Origin: a virus | Strand: one strand, 5' to 3' | Virus record (IMG/VR): IMGVR_UViG_3300037044_000228 | Coordinates: 1-64,000 of that record | Length of the DNA stretch: 64,000 nucleotides | In this document: positions 9,930 through 19,703 of the stretch, one piece after another | Position numbering within the stretch: the stretch's first letter is position 1 | Layout of the letters: each line of letters starts with the position of its first letter | Made by a program: the position numbers and the translations under genes | The notes under the pieces: model-generated | What the model was told of the DNA's origin: nothing | Seen by the model: only the letters and a program-made list of their open reading frames with translations | Database searches by the model: none

Positions 9930-10491
9930 GGCGGTTCTCCTGTGGTGGGGCTGTGGTGGCGGGGTTGAGGGTCGAGAGGTTGGCGGCGCGTCTGGCGCGC
10001 GCCTGTTCCTTGAACTCTGCGCAGATCGCCACGACACGGCCCGCCATCGCGGCGCCCATGTACGAGATGTGGCAGTCCTTCACGTCGATGCCGAGTTGAG
10101 CGGCGAGCCAGGCATAGGCGGCGCTGCGCGCAACGTGACGGGCGCAGCCTTCCTTCGCCATCTTGCGCTGCCACAGCGCGTCGATCGCTTCGTGCGCGAG
10201 GTTGCGCGCCTTGCGGGTCTGGGGACCAGCGGGCGCACCCAGCGGGTTGGTGGTGTTTGGATGGCAACCGCAGAAAGCGCCACACGAACAGCGCCAGAAG
10301 CGCCGTGTGTGCAGTTCCGGCCGGTGCGGGTAGCACGCAAGGCCGGTGACGAGATCGGCGTCTGTGGCGGCGCACTCGGCGCAAGGCAGCGGCTTCGTCA
10401 GATGTCCCCATTCGGCCTGCTGCGCGGCGAAGCGCGCGCTGGCGGGCCGGGACTTGCGGCGCGGTTTGCGATGGGCGCGCTTCGTCGTCAT
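9910..10491 (-). CDS. DUF3268-like zinc-finger protein
   Basis: CAEC...CSCGAFCGCH...PLG...RKARNLAHEAID...AYAWLA...CHI. Confidence 0.75.
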   Translation of the reverse strand: MTTKRAHRKPRRKSRPASARFAAQQAEWGHLTKPLPCAECAATDADLVTGLACYPHRPELHTRRFWRCSCGAFCGCHPNTTNPLGAPAGPQTRKARNLAHEAIDALWQRKMAKEGCARHVARSAAYAWLAAQLGIDVKDCHISYMGAAMAGRVVAICAEFKEQARARRAANLSTLNPATTAPPQENRHENRHV

Positions 10492-10805
10492 GCCGCGAGC
10501 CCGCATACGCACACGTCTTCGATCACACGATGGGTTGCAGCCTTCACGCAATAGGCGACCGACCGGCCGAGCGTCGCGCCCTGGGTCTTGAAGTCGGTGA
10601 GCAGTTCACTGCAATCGAGGCAGGGGCGCGGGCGCGCGGCGGCGATCTCTGGCGCGGGGGACGTCTCCCCTTCCGGGGGATGGTCTATCGCGTCCTCATC
10701 GATGGCGTGCGTGTTTTCGCCGCCGCATTTCAGGCACTCGGTATGGGTGAGGGCGGTGAGGGGGCCGCGCCAGACGACGGCGCCGCCGCAGATGTAGCAT
10801 CTCAT
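10488..10805 (-). CDS. small Cys-rich (zinc ribbon) protein
   Basis: CYIC, CLKC, CLDC, CVC pairs. Confidence 0.5.
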   Translation of the reverse strand: MRCYICGGAVVWRGPLTALTHTECLKCGGENTHAIDEDAIDHPPEGETSPAPEIAAARPRPCLDCSELLTDFKTQGATLGRSVAYCVKAATHRVIEDVCVCGLAA

Positions 10806-11176
10806 GGCGCGGCGACCTTGGCTGTCGCGGATGGGGCTGGCGCGGGCGGCTGGCCTTCGCCACGCAATGCGGCGCGCGCGACCGCAGCGAAGGCGTCGGC
10901 GGCGCGGCGCGGGGCCTCGACGCGTTCGATCTCTGCCAGGCGACGCGCTTCGCGCCGGCGGTTCTCTTCGAGCCACTGCGCGTGCGTCTTACGGCTTTTC
11001 TCAATGAGATCCTTCTCGGCGCGATGCACGGCCTTGAGTTCGCGGCGCACGAGTTCGTTCTCACCGTAGCCGAGGCGCTCGGCGAAGATGCGCGCCCAAT
11101 CTTGGACATCGGCCGACGTCGCATCGCGCAGGAAGTTTGCGACCTCGACCGGATCGAAGCGCATCATCACGCGCAC
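10802..11176 (-). CDS. hypothetical protein
   Basis: Coupled ORF in operon. Confidence 0.5.
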   Translation of the reverse strand: MRVMMRFDPVEVANFLRDATSADVQDWARIFAERLGYGENELVRRELKAVHRAEKDLIEKSRKTHAQWLEENRRREARRLAEIERVEAPRRAADAFAAVARAALRGEGQPPAPAPSATAKVAAP

Positions 11177-11850
11177 TCCCGCTTGTGCTCAGCCGGCGCG
11201 GCGGGCGGACGCACCAGCCACATGGGCTGCGACCACTCGGCGATCTCGCCGGGCGTGCCGGCGAAGACCGCGAAGGCGTCGGGCGCGCCGGTGAATGTCA
11301 GCACATTCGCTGTCATCGACCGGCGCAAGGTGGCGCGGGCCTGCAGCGCGGCGTCGCGTGACCATCCGTTCGCTTGCGCCAGCGCGCGCGCCGTGACGGC
11401 GGCGAGTTCACAGTCTTCGACCGAGAGGGGCAGCGGCGCACCGTTGGCGCGCTTTGGCAGCATGGTGCGCCACTCGGGGAACGGCGTGGCGCGTTCGCTG
11501 ATCGTCGCGGCGAAGGCGTCGGCGGTGCGCGGGTCGATGCGCAACTGGTCGCCCTCGACGATCAACCGCACGCGGTCGGAGACGCCTTCGTGCGCGCGCA
11601 GCGCCGACTTCATGGCGTCCATCATCGGTCGCGGGACGCGCAGCGTGACCGGCCGCGAGACCGCGCCCGTTTCGTCGCGCAGCACGATCATGCGACGCGC
11701 GTCCATGCTCACCAGCACCACGCCGCGCGTGCTTGGCTCGATGCGCACGCCGGTGATGTCGTCATCACCGAACGCACGGTCGGCGGCGAACCGCTGCGCG
11801 ATACGGAAGAGATCGGCGCGCACGGACAGCTTGAGGGGGGCATCGGTCAT
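11167..11850 (-). CDS. DNA polymerase III beta-clamp-like protein (partial fold)
   Basis: ITGVRIEP...VLVSMDARRM and PFPEWRTMLP resemble beta-clamp domain motifs. Confidence 0.5.
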   Translation of the reverse strand: MTDAPLKLSVRADLFRIAQRFAADRAFGDDDITGVRIEPSTRGVVLVSMDARRMIVLRDETGAVSRPVTLRVPRPMMDAMKSALRAHEGVSDRVRLIVEGDQLRIDPRTADAFAATISERATPFPEWRTMLPKRANGAPLPLSVEDCELAAVTARALAQANGWSRDAALQARATLRRSMTANVLTFTGAPDAFAVFAGTPGEIAEWSQPMWLVRPPAAPAEHKRECA

Positions 11851-12770
11851 TGCTTCGGCGCTCCCGGTCCCGGCAGCGCCGGGCGCGCGATCGTCGCCCA
11901 CTGCCATTGCAGCTGCTTGGCGACGACGTCGGTGTCTTCCCACAGCGGCGGCGTCGTGAGCCCGGGCGGCGGGGCGCATGCGGCGGCGACGGCGGCGAGC
12001 ATGGCATGCGCGTCACTCGGATCCTTGCTGACTTTCGGCCAGATGATCCGGTTGCGCGCGATCCCTTGCATCAAGGACTTGAGCAGCGCCGGCGACGCGC
12101 CGAAGGTCATCTTGACCAGCACGTCCATGTCCTCTTCCGGGATCGCCATGCCCGGCGAATACATGCGGATGATGGAATAGCGCTCGTCCTCGCCGGGCAG
12201 GCCGATCTCGATGTGAATGTCGAACCGCCGCCAGATGGCGGGATCGATCGCGTCCTTGCGGTTGGTCGTCGCAAAGGTGAGCGACTTGTGCTGCTCGAGG
12301 CGGCGCAACAGAGCATTCACCGACTTCGCGCTTTCGCGATCGGCGCTCTGTCCACTGGACGCGCCACGATTGGGCGCGAGCGAGTCGAACTCGTCGAAGA
12401 GGATGGCGACCTTGCCCTTCATCTTCTTCACCGCGTCGAAGAACTGGCCGATGTTTTCCGCCGACGCGTTGACCCATTTCGACTGCAGCGTTTCCGCCTT
12501 CACGGAGACGAGCGGCATCTTGAGCGCAGCGGCGAGCGTGTGCCCCAGCGTCGTCTTCCCGGTGCCGGGCGGGCCGAAGAACAAGCCCTTCACGCGCGGT
12601 TCCAGGCCGTGCGCGGCGAGCTCGTCCTTCGCGTTGATCTCCGCAAGCCAGTCCTGAATCGCGGCGCGCTGTGCGGGCGAGAGGATGGGCGCGACGAGAT
12701 CGCCCGGCATGAGCACGTCGCCATAACCGCCGAGGATCTGCGCGGCGTCTCCGATGGTGTTGTGTGTCAT
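11847..12770 (-). CDS. AAA+ ATPase
   Basis: Walker A GPPGTGKT, Walker B LFDEFD, TTNR...IDPAIWRRFD. Confidence 0.92.
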   Translation of the reverse strand: MTHNTIGDAAQILGGYGDVLMPGDLVAPILSPAQRAAIQDWLAEINAKDELAAHGLEPRVKGLFFGPPGTGKTTLGHTLAAALKMPLVSVKAETLQSKWVNASAENIGQFFDAVKKMKGKVAILFDEFDSLAPNRGASSGQSADRESAKSVNALLRRLEQHKSLTFATTNRKDAIDPAIWRRFDIHIEIGLPGEDERYSIIRMYSPGMAIPEEDMDVLVKMTFGASPALLKSLMQGIARNRIIWPKVSKDPSDAHAMLAAVAAACAPPPGLTTPPLWEDTDVVAKQLQWQWATIARPALPGPGAPKQ

Positions 12771-13348
12771 CGGCCGCGGCCCTTCTTGTCATCGGCCTGC
12801 GTTTCGGGCCCGCGCGCTTCGTCTGCAGGCGCGTCACCGTTGGCGTCCCCGTTGGCGTCCCCGTTGGCGTCACCATCCGGCTTCGGCGCCGTTTTTTTCG
12901 GCCGCTTCCAGGAGTCCGGCACGCTCATGCCGTCGCTGCCGCCGGCGACGATGTGGCCTTCGTCCCACGCACACGCGGTCGCGAAGACGCCGCGCGCGGC
13001 TTCCATTTCCTGTTCGGGCGCGCCGGGGCCATCATCGCCGGGTTTCTTCGGCGGACCGCTCTTGCGTCCCGCCAGGCGCGCGCGGGCGCTGTCGCCGAGG
13101 GGCGTTCCGTCCAGCATGCCGAGGGCGGCGCGATAGATGTCGAGCAGATCCTGTTCGTTGACGATCTCTTCCTTCGCCAGCCGCCGTTCGCGGATGATCT
13201 TGTTCATGGTTTTGACGTCGAAGCCTTCGGACTTCGCCATCTTCTTCTTGTCGGCGATGCGCGCTTCGACATCGGCCTTGATGTCGAGATCAATCTCGAT
13301 CGCTTCAATGTGCTCGAGCAGACGCTCGCCGGCGGAACGGTTCAACAT
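12767..13348 (-). CDS. GapR/DUF2312-like nucleoid-associated protein with C-terminal extension
   Basis: ERLLEHIEAIE...AKSEGFDVKTMNKIIRER...LLDIYRAALGML. Confidence 0.85.
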   Translation of the reverse strand: MLNRSAGERLLEHIEAIEIDLDIKADVEARIADKKKMAKSEGFDVKTMNKIIRERRLAKEEIVNEQDLLDIYRAALGMLDGTPLGDSARARLAGRKSGPPKKPGDDGPGAPEQEMEAARGVFATACAWDEGHIVAGGSDGMSVPDSWKRPKKTAPKPDGDANGDANGDANGDAPADEARGPETQADDKKGRGR

Positions 13349-13385
13349 GCGGGATCCTCGGTTGTGGTGGCGGTTCTGGTGGTGC

Positions 13386-13778
13386 TCACGCGATCTGGCG
13401 TGCGGCGGCGGGTCGAGTGGTGGAAGACGGCGCGCTGCGGCGCGCGGAACGCACGCGGGCCGCAGCGCCGGCGCCGATGGCGACGCCCATGCCTTCGAGC
13501 AGCAGCACCGGACCGCCGGCGTTGTCGGTGGCGTCCGTGTCGGCGCCGGGCGCGAGCAGCGCAGCGGTTTCCACGCGCCGCGTGGCGATGACCACTTCGC
13601 CGGCCATGCGCCGCACCTTGCTGGCGACGCATGCGCGCACGGCGCGTTTGAGCTTGGCGAGGGACGTCGCGGATTCCGCAGTCTGCAGCAGCGCGGCGAA
13701 CTGGTCGACGATCTCGTCGCGCAGCGCGAAGGCCTTGTCTGCGGCGACGGTCTCGGGGCGTTCCGGCTTGAGCCTCAT
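13386..13778 (-). CDS. hypothetical protein
   Basis: Coupled ORF. Confidence 0.5.
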   Translation of the reverse strand: MRLKPERPETVAADKAFALRDEIVDQFAALLQTAESATSLAKLKRAVRACVASKVRRMAGEVVIATRRVETAALLAPGADTDATDNAGGPVLLLEGMGVAIGAGAAARVRSARRSAPSSTTRPAAARQIA

Positions 13779-15076
13779 GGTGCGCTGTCCTCGGTGTCTG
13801 CGCTCGGGGTGGCGGTGGGGTTGGCGGCGTGCGCGATCTCGGCGCGGCGCGCGGCATAGAGCGCGTCGACGTGCACGCGGTCGGCGTCGACCGCATCGCG
13901 CGCGACCTGATCGGCGAACATCGCTGCGACGTCGTCGACGCCTTCGACCGAACGGCAGTCGGCCAGGATGGCGGCGATCGTGTCGAGAAGGTCGGCGAGA
14001 TAGGCCGGCGCGCTGTCAGTCGGCGGCGGCAGCGCATCGCCGACGGCGAGCCCCTCCCCCTCGCAGGGGGAGGTCGGGGTCGGGTTAGGGGGGGAGTCCG
14101 CGTCAAGCGTGCTTTCCTTCTCCCCCTCGCGGGGGAGAAGGTCGCCAGCCGCGCGAGGATCCTCGACCTGCGTGTGCGCGACGTCGTCGGGCGCGAGATC
14201 GGCCGTCTGGTCGACGTCTTCGGGAGCGGGCGGGTGTGCGGCTTCCGTGCGATCTTCCCCCGCACGCGGGGGGACATGCGCAGCCATGCGGCGACCGCGC
14301 GTGGAGAAGATGAAGTCGGCGCTGACGCCCATCTCTTCGATCGAATTGCGAAAGCCCGCCAGCACCAGCAGCTTGTCGATGTCGATGTCCGTCGCCGCAT
14401 TGACCTTGAGCGTGGCGCAGACCTGGCCCAGCGGGACGCCGCGCTCGGCGAACCATGCGAGCAGCACGCGACGGCGCGCTTCCAGGGTCGTGGCGTCGCC
14501 GCGCGCCAGCGTGCGCGCCGCTTCGAAGGCAGGCCACCACAGCGCGCGCGGGATGCCCGCAAGGATGGCGTTGCGCTTGGCGATTGCGGCGAGCCCACGG
14601 CCCTCCCGCTGGATCGTGGCGCCGTCCATGGGCGACCCGTCGAAATGCACCGCCGCCCGGGTCTGCGTGTCGGGCGTCACCGCGTTTTTCTGCAGATCGT
14701 GGAACGAGGCGGTCGCGGTGATCGTGCCGGCGCGCATCATGAACGACGGCGCGATCATCCGGCAGTTGCCATACATGGAGAAGACCGCTTCGGCGAAGCG
14801 GATCGACGGACCTTCGTGCGTCTCGCCATTATCCTTCGCCTGCGCGAACACCATCTTTTCGGCGACGCCTGCGTCCAGCGTCACGATGTCGGTCGCATCG
14901 CGCATGAAATCGCGCAGCGATCGCGGATAGGCGTGCGCCGAGGCGACCATGGCGTCGATCTCCGCGCGGGAGACGGCGGCGTCGGGCGCGGGCTCGCCCT
15001 GGGCGGGCGCGTGTGATGGCGCATCGTTCGCGGGATCCAGCGAGACGACGCGCGCGGCGCCAGTGTTCTCGTACAT
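13775..15076 (-). CDS. putative phage recombination (ssDNA-annealing-like) protein
   Basis: AEIDAMVASAHAYPRS...GPSIRFAEA...AKRNAILAGIP conserved phage domain; recombination-module position; acidic tail. Confidence 0.45.
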   Translation of the reverse strand: MYENTGAARVVSLDPANDAPSHAPAQGEPAPDAAVSRAEIDAMVASAHAYPRSLRDFMRDATDIVTLDAGVAEKMVFAQAKDNGETHEGPSIRFAEAVFSMYGNCRMIAPSFMMRAGTITATASFHDLQKNAVTPDTQTRAAVHFDGSPMDGATIQREGRGLAAIAKRNAILAGIPRALWWPAFEAARTLARGDATTLEARRRVLLAWFAERGVPLGQVCATLKVNAATDIDIDKLLVLAGFRNSIEEMGVSADFIFSTRGRRMAAHVPPRAGEDRTEAAHPPAPEDVDQTADLAPDDVAHTQVEDPRAAGDLLPREGEKESTLDADSPPNPTPTSPCEGEGLAVGDALPPPTDSAPAYLADLLDTIAAILADCRSVEGVDDVAAMFADQVARDAVDADRVHVDALYAARRAEIAHAANPTATPSADTEDSAP

Positions 15077-15912
15077 CACGCCGCGACCTTCTCGACCGGC
15101 TTGAAGGTGACGCCCGGAATGACCGGCATCTCTTCCTTCTTGCCCTTGACGGTCTTCACTGCCGCGAGCTCGCGCTTGGCGAGTTTCTTCACCAGTTCGA
15201 GCACTTCGGGATCGTTGCGGTAGTGCATGACCGCGCGCACCGGATCGGTGAGCTCCACGTCCCATGTGGTGCGCAGGCTCGCGGCATTGGCGAGGCCGGT
15301 GGCGGACGCGACCTTCACCGGCGCGGCGTTGGCGATCTTGTCGTTGAGCTTGGCGTCGCGCTCGGCGTCGCGCTGCTGCTGCTCGGCGATGATGCGTTCC
15401 GAGGGCGTGGTCGCGGCGGCGGCGGCGGCGGCGGCGGCAGCGGCCTTCTCGCGCGCTTCCTCTGCAACCTTGGCGGCGGCTTCCTGTTCGCGCTGCTGCT
15501 GCGCCCGGATTTCGTCAAGGTATGCCTTGAGCTTCGGTTCGGCTTCCTTGACCACGTCCGAGATCATCATCTTGATCGACGACCAGTCTTCGTCGACCCG
15601 TTCGCACGCGGCGAGATACGGCGCCTTCTCGATCTTGCGTTCGCTTTCCGCCTCCGACAGCAGCTTCTTCGCGCCGGCGATGAAGTCGCGGCAGCGCTCG
15701 GCGGTGTCGGCGTCCAGCTTCGGTCGCGTGTGCCAGATGTCGATCCCTTTCAGGAACGCATGCACGCGCGCAATGAAATCGGTGCGCTTCATGGCGAACT
15801 TCTCACGGATCCCGACGTCGTCGATCACGTTGGGTTGTTCGCCGCTGTTGTGGCCGAAGCCTCCCGTGGCGGCGGGGACGGCAGGCAGGACGGGCTCGGA
15901 GGAAAGGGTCAT
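15076..15912 (-). CDS. coiled-coil phage protein
   Basis: GHNS...ESERKIEKAPYL...IPGV pattern typical of the alphaproteobacterial prophage recombination module. Confidence 0.6.
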   Translation of the reverse strand: MTLSSEPVLPAVPAATGGFGHNSGEQPNVIDDVGIREKFAMKRTDFIARVHAFLKGIDIWHTRPKLDADTAERCRDFIAGAKKLLSEAESERKIEKAPYLAACERVDEDWSSIKMMISDVVKEAEPKLKAYLDEIRAQQQREQEAAAKVAEEAREKAAAAAAAAAAATTPSERIIAEQQQRDAERDAKLNDKIANAAPVKVASATGLANAASLRTTWDVELTDPVRAVMHYRNDPEVLELVKKLAKRELAAVKTVKGKKEEMPVIPGVTFKPVEKVAA

Positions 15913-15966
15913 GGCGGGGTTCCTTGTGTGTGGCGGTGTGGTGGCGGTGGTGGTGAGGATGGACGG

Positions 15967-16311
15967 CTAGACGATCACTTCGCGCGAGAGGTCGCGCACC
16001 TTCGGCATGCGTGTGAGCCGGGCGTGTTCGGCTTCACTGATGGGCGTCTCGCAGATGTAGGCCCAGAGCTCGTAGGCATCGCGCGCGAGCCCGTCGAAGA
16101 CAGCGACGAAGCGCTCGTCAGCGATGAGCTCGCCGGTCTCCGGGTCGATCTCCTGCGCCAGATCGATCGACACCGGCACGCGCCGACCGGCCGATTTGCC
16201 TTCGAACAAACCGCAGCGCGGTTCGTCGACGAGCGCATCGAGATCGGGAACGCCAGCGATGCGCTGGCGCCACCAGTCCCACGCCGCAACACGGTCGGTC
16301 GGAGTGCGCAT
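15967..16311 (-). CDS. hypothetical phage protein
   Basis: WDWWR...EPRCGLF...EIDPETGELIADE...PISEAE motif. Confidence 0.65.
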   Translation of the reverse strand: MRTPTDRVAAWDWWRQRIAGVPDLDALVDEPRCGLFEGKSAGRRVPVSIDLAQEIDPETGELIADERFVAVFDGLARDAYELWAYICETPISEAEHARLTRMPKVRDLSREVIV

Positions 16312-16569
16312 GTGCTCACGCCTTGCCGTGTTCGAACTGGCGACGCGCGAGCGCGGCGCACGACGATGGCGCAGCGTCGGTCGGCATATCGGTCGGCGAC
16401 CGGGGCGCGCCGGGTGCGATGATGGGCGGGATGATCGGCGCGATGGCGACCGGCGGGCGCAGATGCGCGAGCGCACCGGCGACGGCGGCGCCTGCCGGCG
16501 TCCACGCGTCGCCGCGTGCGTAGGATGGCGCGGGGTTGGGCGCAGGGTTGGGGGTGCGGGTATCGCGGC

Positions 16570-16935
16570 TCATGCGACATCTCCCGCTTCTTCGGCGCCC
16601 AGCGTCGGGTCGACGATCTTCTCGATGCGCACCGCCGACGTTTCGAAGATGGCGATGCTGCGCCGGATCATGGCGACGTCGTCGGCGTTGAGCATGAAGC
16701 CCGACATCGACAGACGCTGCAGCGCACTGCCGGCGGCGGACGCCGCCAGCTGCAGATCCGCCGCCGCGCAATACGCTTCGTCGAAGCGGATGCGCGCGCG
16801 ATCCCAATTCAGCACGCCGTCGCGCGCGTCGTCCTCGGCGGTGCGCTGCGCCGTCGCGGCGGGCGCATCGGGTGCGGTGGCGGACGCGGCGCGTTGCGCG
16901 CGGGCGCCGGCGAAGCAGATCAGTTGGCCGTTCAT
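16570..16935 (-). CDS. hypothetical protein
   Basis: GGAGG RBS, coupled ORF. Confidence 0.5.
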   Translation of the reverse strand: MNGQLICFAGARAQRAASATAPDAPAATAQRTAEDDARDGVLNWDRARIRFDEAYCAAADLQLAASAAGSALQRLSMSGFMLNADDVAMIRRSIAIFETSAVRIEKIVDPTLGAEEAGDVA

Positions 16936-17291
16936 CGCTCGTCCCTCCGATCGGGACGTGCGCAGTTCTGCGCATGCGCGATGACAGCGGGGGCGGCGGT
17001 TTCGATGGTGTCGGCGAAGGACGTGAGGTCCTGCCCTTGCGCATCGAAATCCGCGAGCATGTCGGCAGCGCCTTCGACCCCGTGACCGATGGCGACTTCC
17101 AGCGCTTCACGGGCGCTGGCGATCGAGCCCCGCAAGAGCGAGGCGGCGACCAGCAGATCCTGCTTCGGCGACCACGCACGCGGATCGCGGCGCAGCGTCG
17201 GCGCCGCGGGGGATGGGTTGAAGGGGGGCGCGAGGGTCGGTCGCGTGACCGCCGGGATGACCGCTGGGCGGTCGGGCGTGGTGGTAAGCAT
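16932..17291 (-). CDS. hypothetical protein (first gene of early-left operon)
   Basis: AGGAG RBS downstream of operator-containing intergenic region. Confidence 0.55.
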   Translation of the reverse strand: MLTTTPDRPAVIPAVTRPTLAPPFNPSPAAPTLRRDPRAWSPKQDLLVAASLLRGSIASAREALEVAIGHGVEGAADMLADFDAQGQDLTSFADTIETAAPAVIAHAQNCARPDRRDER

Positions 17292-17345
17292 GTGGTGGAT
17301 GCTCCTGCGCTCCGTGCAAAATGCTCCGTGCGTAGGCTGAAACTA

Positions 17346-17392
17346 TGGGGGATTCTTCCCTCATGCAAGCGGAATGAGCGATAAATGCCTCA
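17346..17392. promoter_or_regulatory. two putative repressor operators (OL-like)
   Basis: 18-bp imperfect palindromes TGGGGGATTCTTCCCTCA (17346-17363) and TGAGCGATAAATGCCTCA (17375-17392). Confidence 0.6.
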
Positions 17393-17519
17393 CACGGGCG
17401 CATATTTTTGCGCCCGTCACGCATGCTGGCGTCGGTATGTCACGGGCGATGCGGGCAGAGAGGGCGCGATTGAGGCAGACGGACGCTTGGCGGGCGGGCG
17501 CAGCGCCAGGCTAAAGAGG

Positions 17520-18263
17520 TCAGCCGCCGATCCGGACGCGGCGCTTGAAGACCTTCTGCATCCAGGCGACCAGGCCAACGATGCGGGGCGCGTCCGGGAG
17601 ATCGGTGATGGCCCAGAGATCGTTGTCGTCGGGCGCGTCTATGCCGGGCGGGGCAAGGACCCACCGCCCGCTCAGGCGCTTGACCTGCCGGATGGTGGTT
17701 TCGACCATGTCGTGGCGCTCGCGCTCGACCACGACGAAATCGTCTTCGGCGACGTCGTCCTTTGCGGCCGGCTCGACAACGACATGGGTTCCATCCGGGA
17801 ACACATGACCGACGCCAAACACTTGCAATGCATAGAGCAAATGATGTGGATAACCCGGCAGCGGGACCGCCAGAATGAAGTCAGTCGCGGGGGAAAGTTC
17901 CCCCGAAGCCCGCTTCTCGCGCGGAGCCCATCGACCAGCCTCTGCGCGTCCGACCACTGGAATCTCCAACAACGTCATGATGTTGGGCGGCGAACCGGGA
18001 TGATTGGCTGCATCTGGATCAACACCCAGTAACCAATGTGGGTCCTTTTCTAACGCAAGGGCAAGCAGAACGAGGTTTTCGCCGCGGATCGACGTCTTTT
18101 TTCCGTTCGTGATGTCGCGCACAAATTCGAGGGAGACGCCGGGCACGCCGGCTTTTTCGGCATGGTCGATCATCCGCTGCGAGGCTTCGCGGCGGGAAAG
18201 TCTCAGTTCTTTCAGGCGCGCCATCACGCGATCCGCCAGGGTCATGGTGTCCGGTTTTGCCAT
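17520..18263 (-). CDS. CI-like repressor (HTH + S24-like C-terminal domain)
   Basis: N-terminal Xre HTH (LSRREAS...VRDITNGKKTSIRGENLVLLALAL); IPVVGRAEAG cleavage-site region; divergent from cro-like gene. Confidence 0.85.
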   Translation of the reverse strand: MAKPDTMTLADRVMARLKELRLSRREASQRMIDHAEKAGVPGVSLEFVRDITNGKKTSIRGENLVLLALALEKDPHWLLGVDPDAANHPGSPPNIMTLLEIPVVGRAEAGRWAPREKRASGELSPATDFILAVPLPGYPHHLLYALQVFGVGHVFPDGTHVVVEPAAKDDVAEDDFVVVERERHDMVETTIRQVKRLSGRWVLAPPGIDAPDDNDLWAITDLPDAPRIVGLVAWMQKVFKRRVRIGG

Positions 18264-18323
18264 CAAGCCGCGCCGGGGGATGGCGCGCACGCCCCACTCT
18301 TTCGATAGAAGCGTTGGCGGACA

Positions 18324-18374
18324 ACGGGCATGTTTGCCCGAGCGGGTCTGGACTCGCGGGGCAAAAATCCCCTA
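18324..18374. promoter_or_regulatory. two putative operators (OR-like) between cI and cro
   Basis: ACGGGCATGTTTGCCCGA (18324-18341) and CGGGGCAAAAATCCCCTA (18357-18374). Confidence 0.6.
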
Positions 18375-18384
18375 TGAGTCGGGC

Positions 18385-18834
18385 ATGGAATCATCCGCCG
18401 AGTCCTCACCCCAATCCGACCGACCCAAATCACGCCGCCGCGCGCAACGTGCAGAAAGCGGCGCGCGCCGCAAGCCCGGCGCGGCGACACCAGGCGCTTC
18501 CCCCTCGGCGGTCGCGGGCGCAGCACCGGCGAGCCGTACGCCAGACGAGCTCGACCGGTTCATTGCCGATATCTCCGCATTTCAACTCGCGTCCAAGATG
18601 GCCGACCAGAAACTCAGCATCGAACTCTTCGGCAAAGGCACGAAGCTACGGGATCTCCGCAACGGCTGGGACGGATTGCTCTACGGCAATTTCCGTCGCG
18701 CGCGCGTCCGGCTTGTGGAGCTCAAGCGCGAGCACATGCGCAACAAGGTTTCTTATCGCGTGATGCGCGGTCGGTACGGGGCGGCGTCGGCGCCGCCGGC
18801 GACGCCTGACCAGCAAACAACGAAATCAAACTAG
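18385..18834 (+). CDS. Cro-like transcriptional regulator
   Basis: FIADISAF...MADQKLSIELFGKGTKLRDLRNG, alphaproteobacterial Cro-like pattern; divergent from cI. Confidence 0.6.
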   Translation: MESSAESSPQSDRPKSRRRAQRAESGARRKPGAATPGASPSAVAGAAPASRTPDELDRFIADISAFQLASKMADQKLSIELFGKGTKLRDLRNGWDGLLYGNFRRARVRLVELKREHMRNKVSYRVMRGRYGAASAPPATPDQQTTKSN

Positions 18835-18959
18835 GCGGCGCAGCCGCAGGGGTGTCTCCGAGGACATCGGGAACCGGGACTCGGGAACAGAACATGAGTG
18901 CAGTCCATCATCATCGTCTTTGCGCCGTCGTGCGCCCGCATTCGAATTGAGGCGCGGGA

Positions 18960-19703
18960 ATGGCAGGGGCAGCAGCAAAGACCAAGCCGCGCGGGGCGTC
19001 GCCCAAAGCGCGCGCGAAGGCGCCGTCAAAGGGCAAGCATCGCGGCTTTGCGATGGGCGTGCCGCGTTCGTCAACAAAGAAGCGCGACCCGCTTGAGCTC
19101 TACGAGTCGCCGGAGTGCGCGACGCGCGCGCTTGTGCATCACGAGCCGCTTGTCGCTGGCGTGATCTGGGAGCCGTGCTGCGGTCGCGGCGCGATCTCGC
19201 GCGTGCTCGAGCGGGCGGGTCTTGCGGTTGTGTCGACCGACATTCTCGACCGGGGCTACGGGCGCGGCGGCGTCGACTTCTTCAACATGACCGAGGCGCC
19301 TTACGGGTGTCAGGTCATCGTCACCAATCCGCCTTACGGCAAGGCGGACGCCTTCATCCGTCACGGCCTGACGCTGGCGCCGACCGTGCTCGTGCTGTTG
19401 CGGTGGCAGTATGCGGAGGGTGAGAACAAGGCCGACGTGATCGACCGCCATCTCGAACATGCGTGGCTCGGCCGCGAGCGGTTGCCGATGATGCACCGCG
19501 ACGGCTGGGAGGGAAAGAAGCTCAAGAAAACGGCGACCGCGTTCGCGTGGTTCCGCTTCGCGCGCGCGCCCGCCATGCCTGGCACGTTCACCACGACGCG
19601 CATATCCTGGGAGGATGGCGCCGAGCGGTTGCCGACCCCGATTCCGTTCGTGCGCAATCAGCAGATCGATCTCGAGGAAGCCATTCGCGGGGACCGCGTG
19701 TGA
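18960..19703 (+). CDS. amino (N6A/N4C)-type DNA methyltransferase-like protein
   Basis: IWEPCCGRGAI (SAM binding) and IVTNPPY (catalytic). Confidence 0.8.
   Translation: MAGAAAKTKPRGASPKARAKAPSKGKHRGFAMGVPRSSTKKRDPLELYESPECATRALVHHEPLVAGVIWEPCCGRGAISRVLERAGLAVVSTDILDRGYGRGGVDFFNMTEAPYGCQVIVTNPPYGKADAFIRHGLTLAPTVLVLLRWQYAEGENKADVIDRHLEHAWLGRERLPMMHRDGWEGKKLKKTATAFAWFRFARAPAMPGTFTTTRISWEDGAERLPTPIPFVRNQQIDLEEAIRGDRV

Noticed and set aside
11847-12770. IetAS-type AAA ATPase/S8 protease defence pair
   Set aside because: No S8 protease gene nearby; the ATPase sits in the early-left operon.
12836-12875. 12-bp tandem repeat (GDAN x3), and the GTAGGCC repeat at ~51263
   Set aside because: Short low-complexity slippage repeats with no supportable function.
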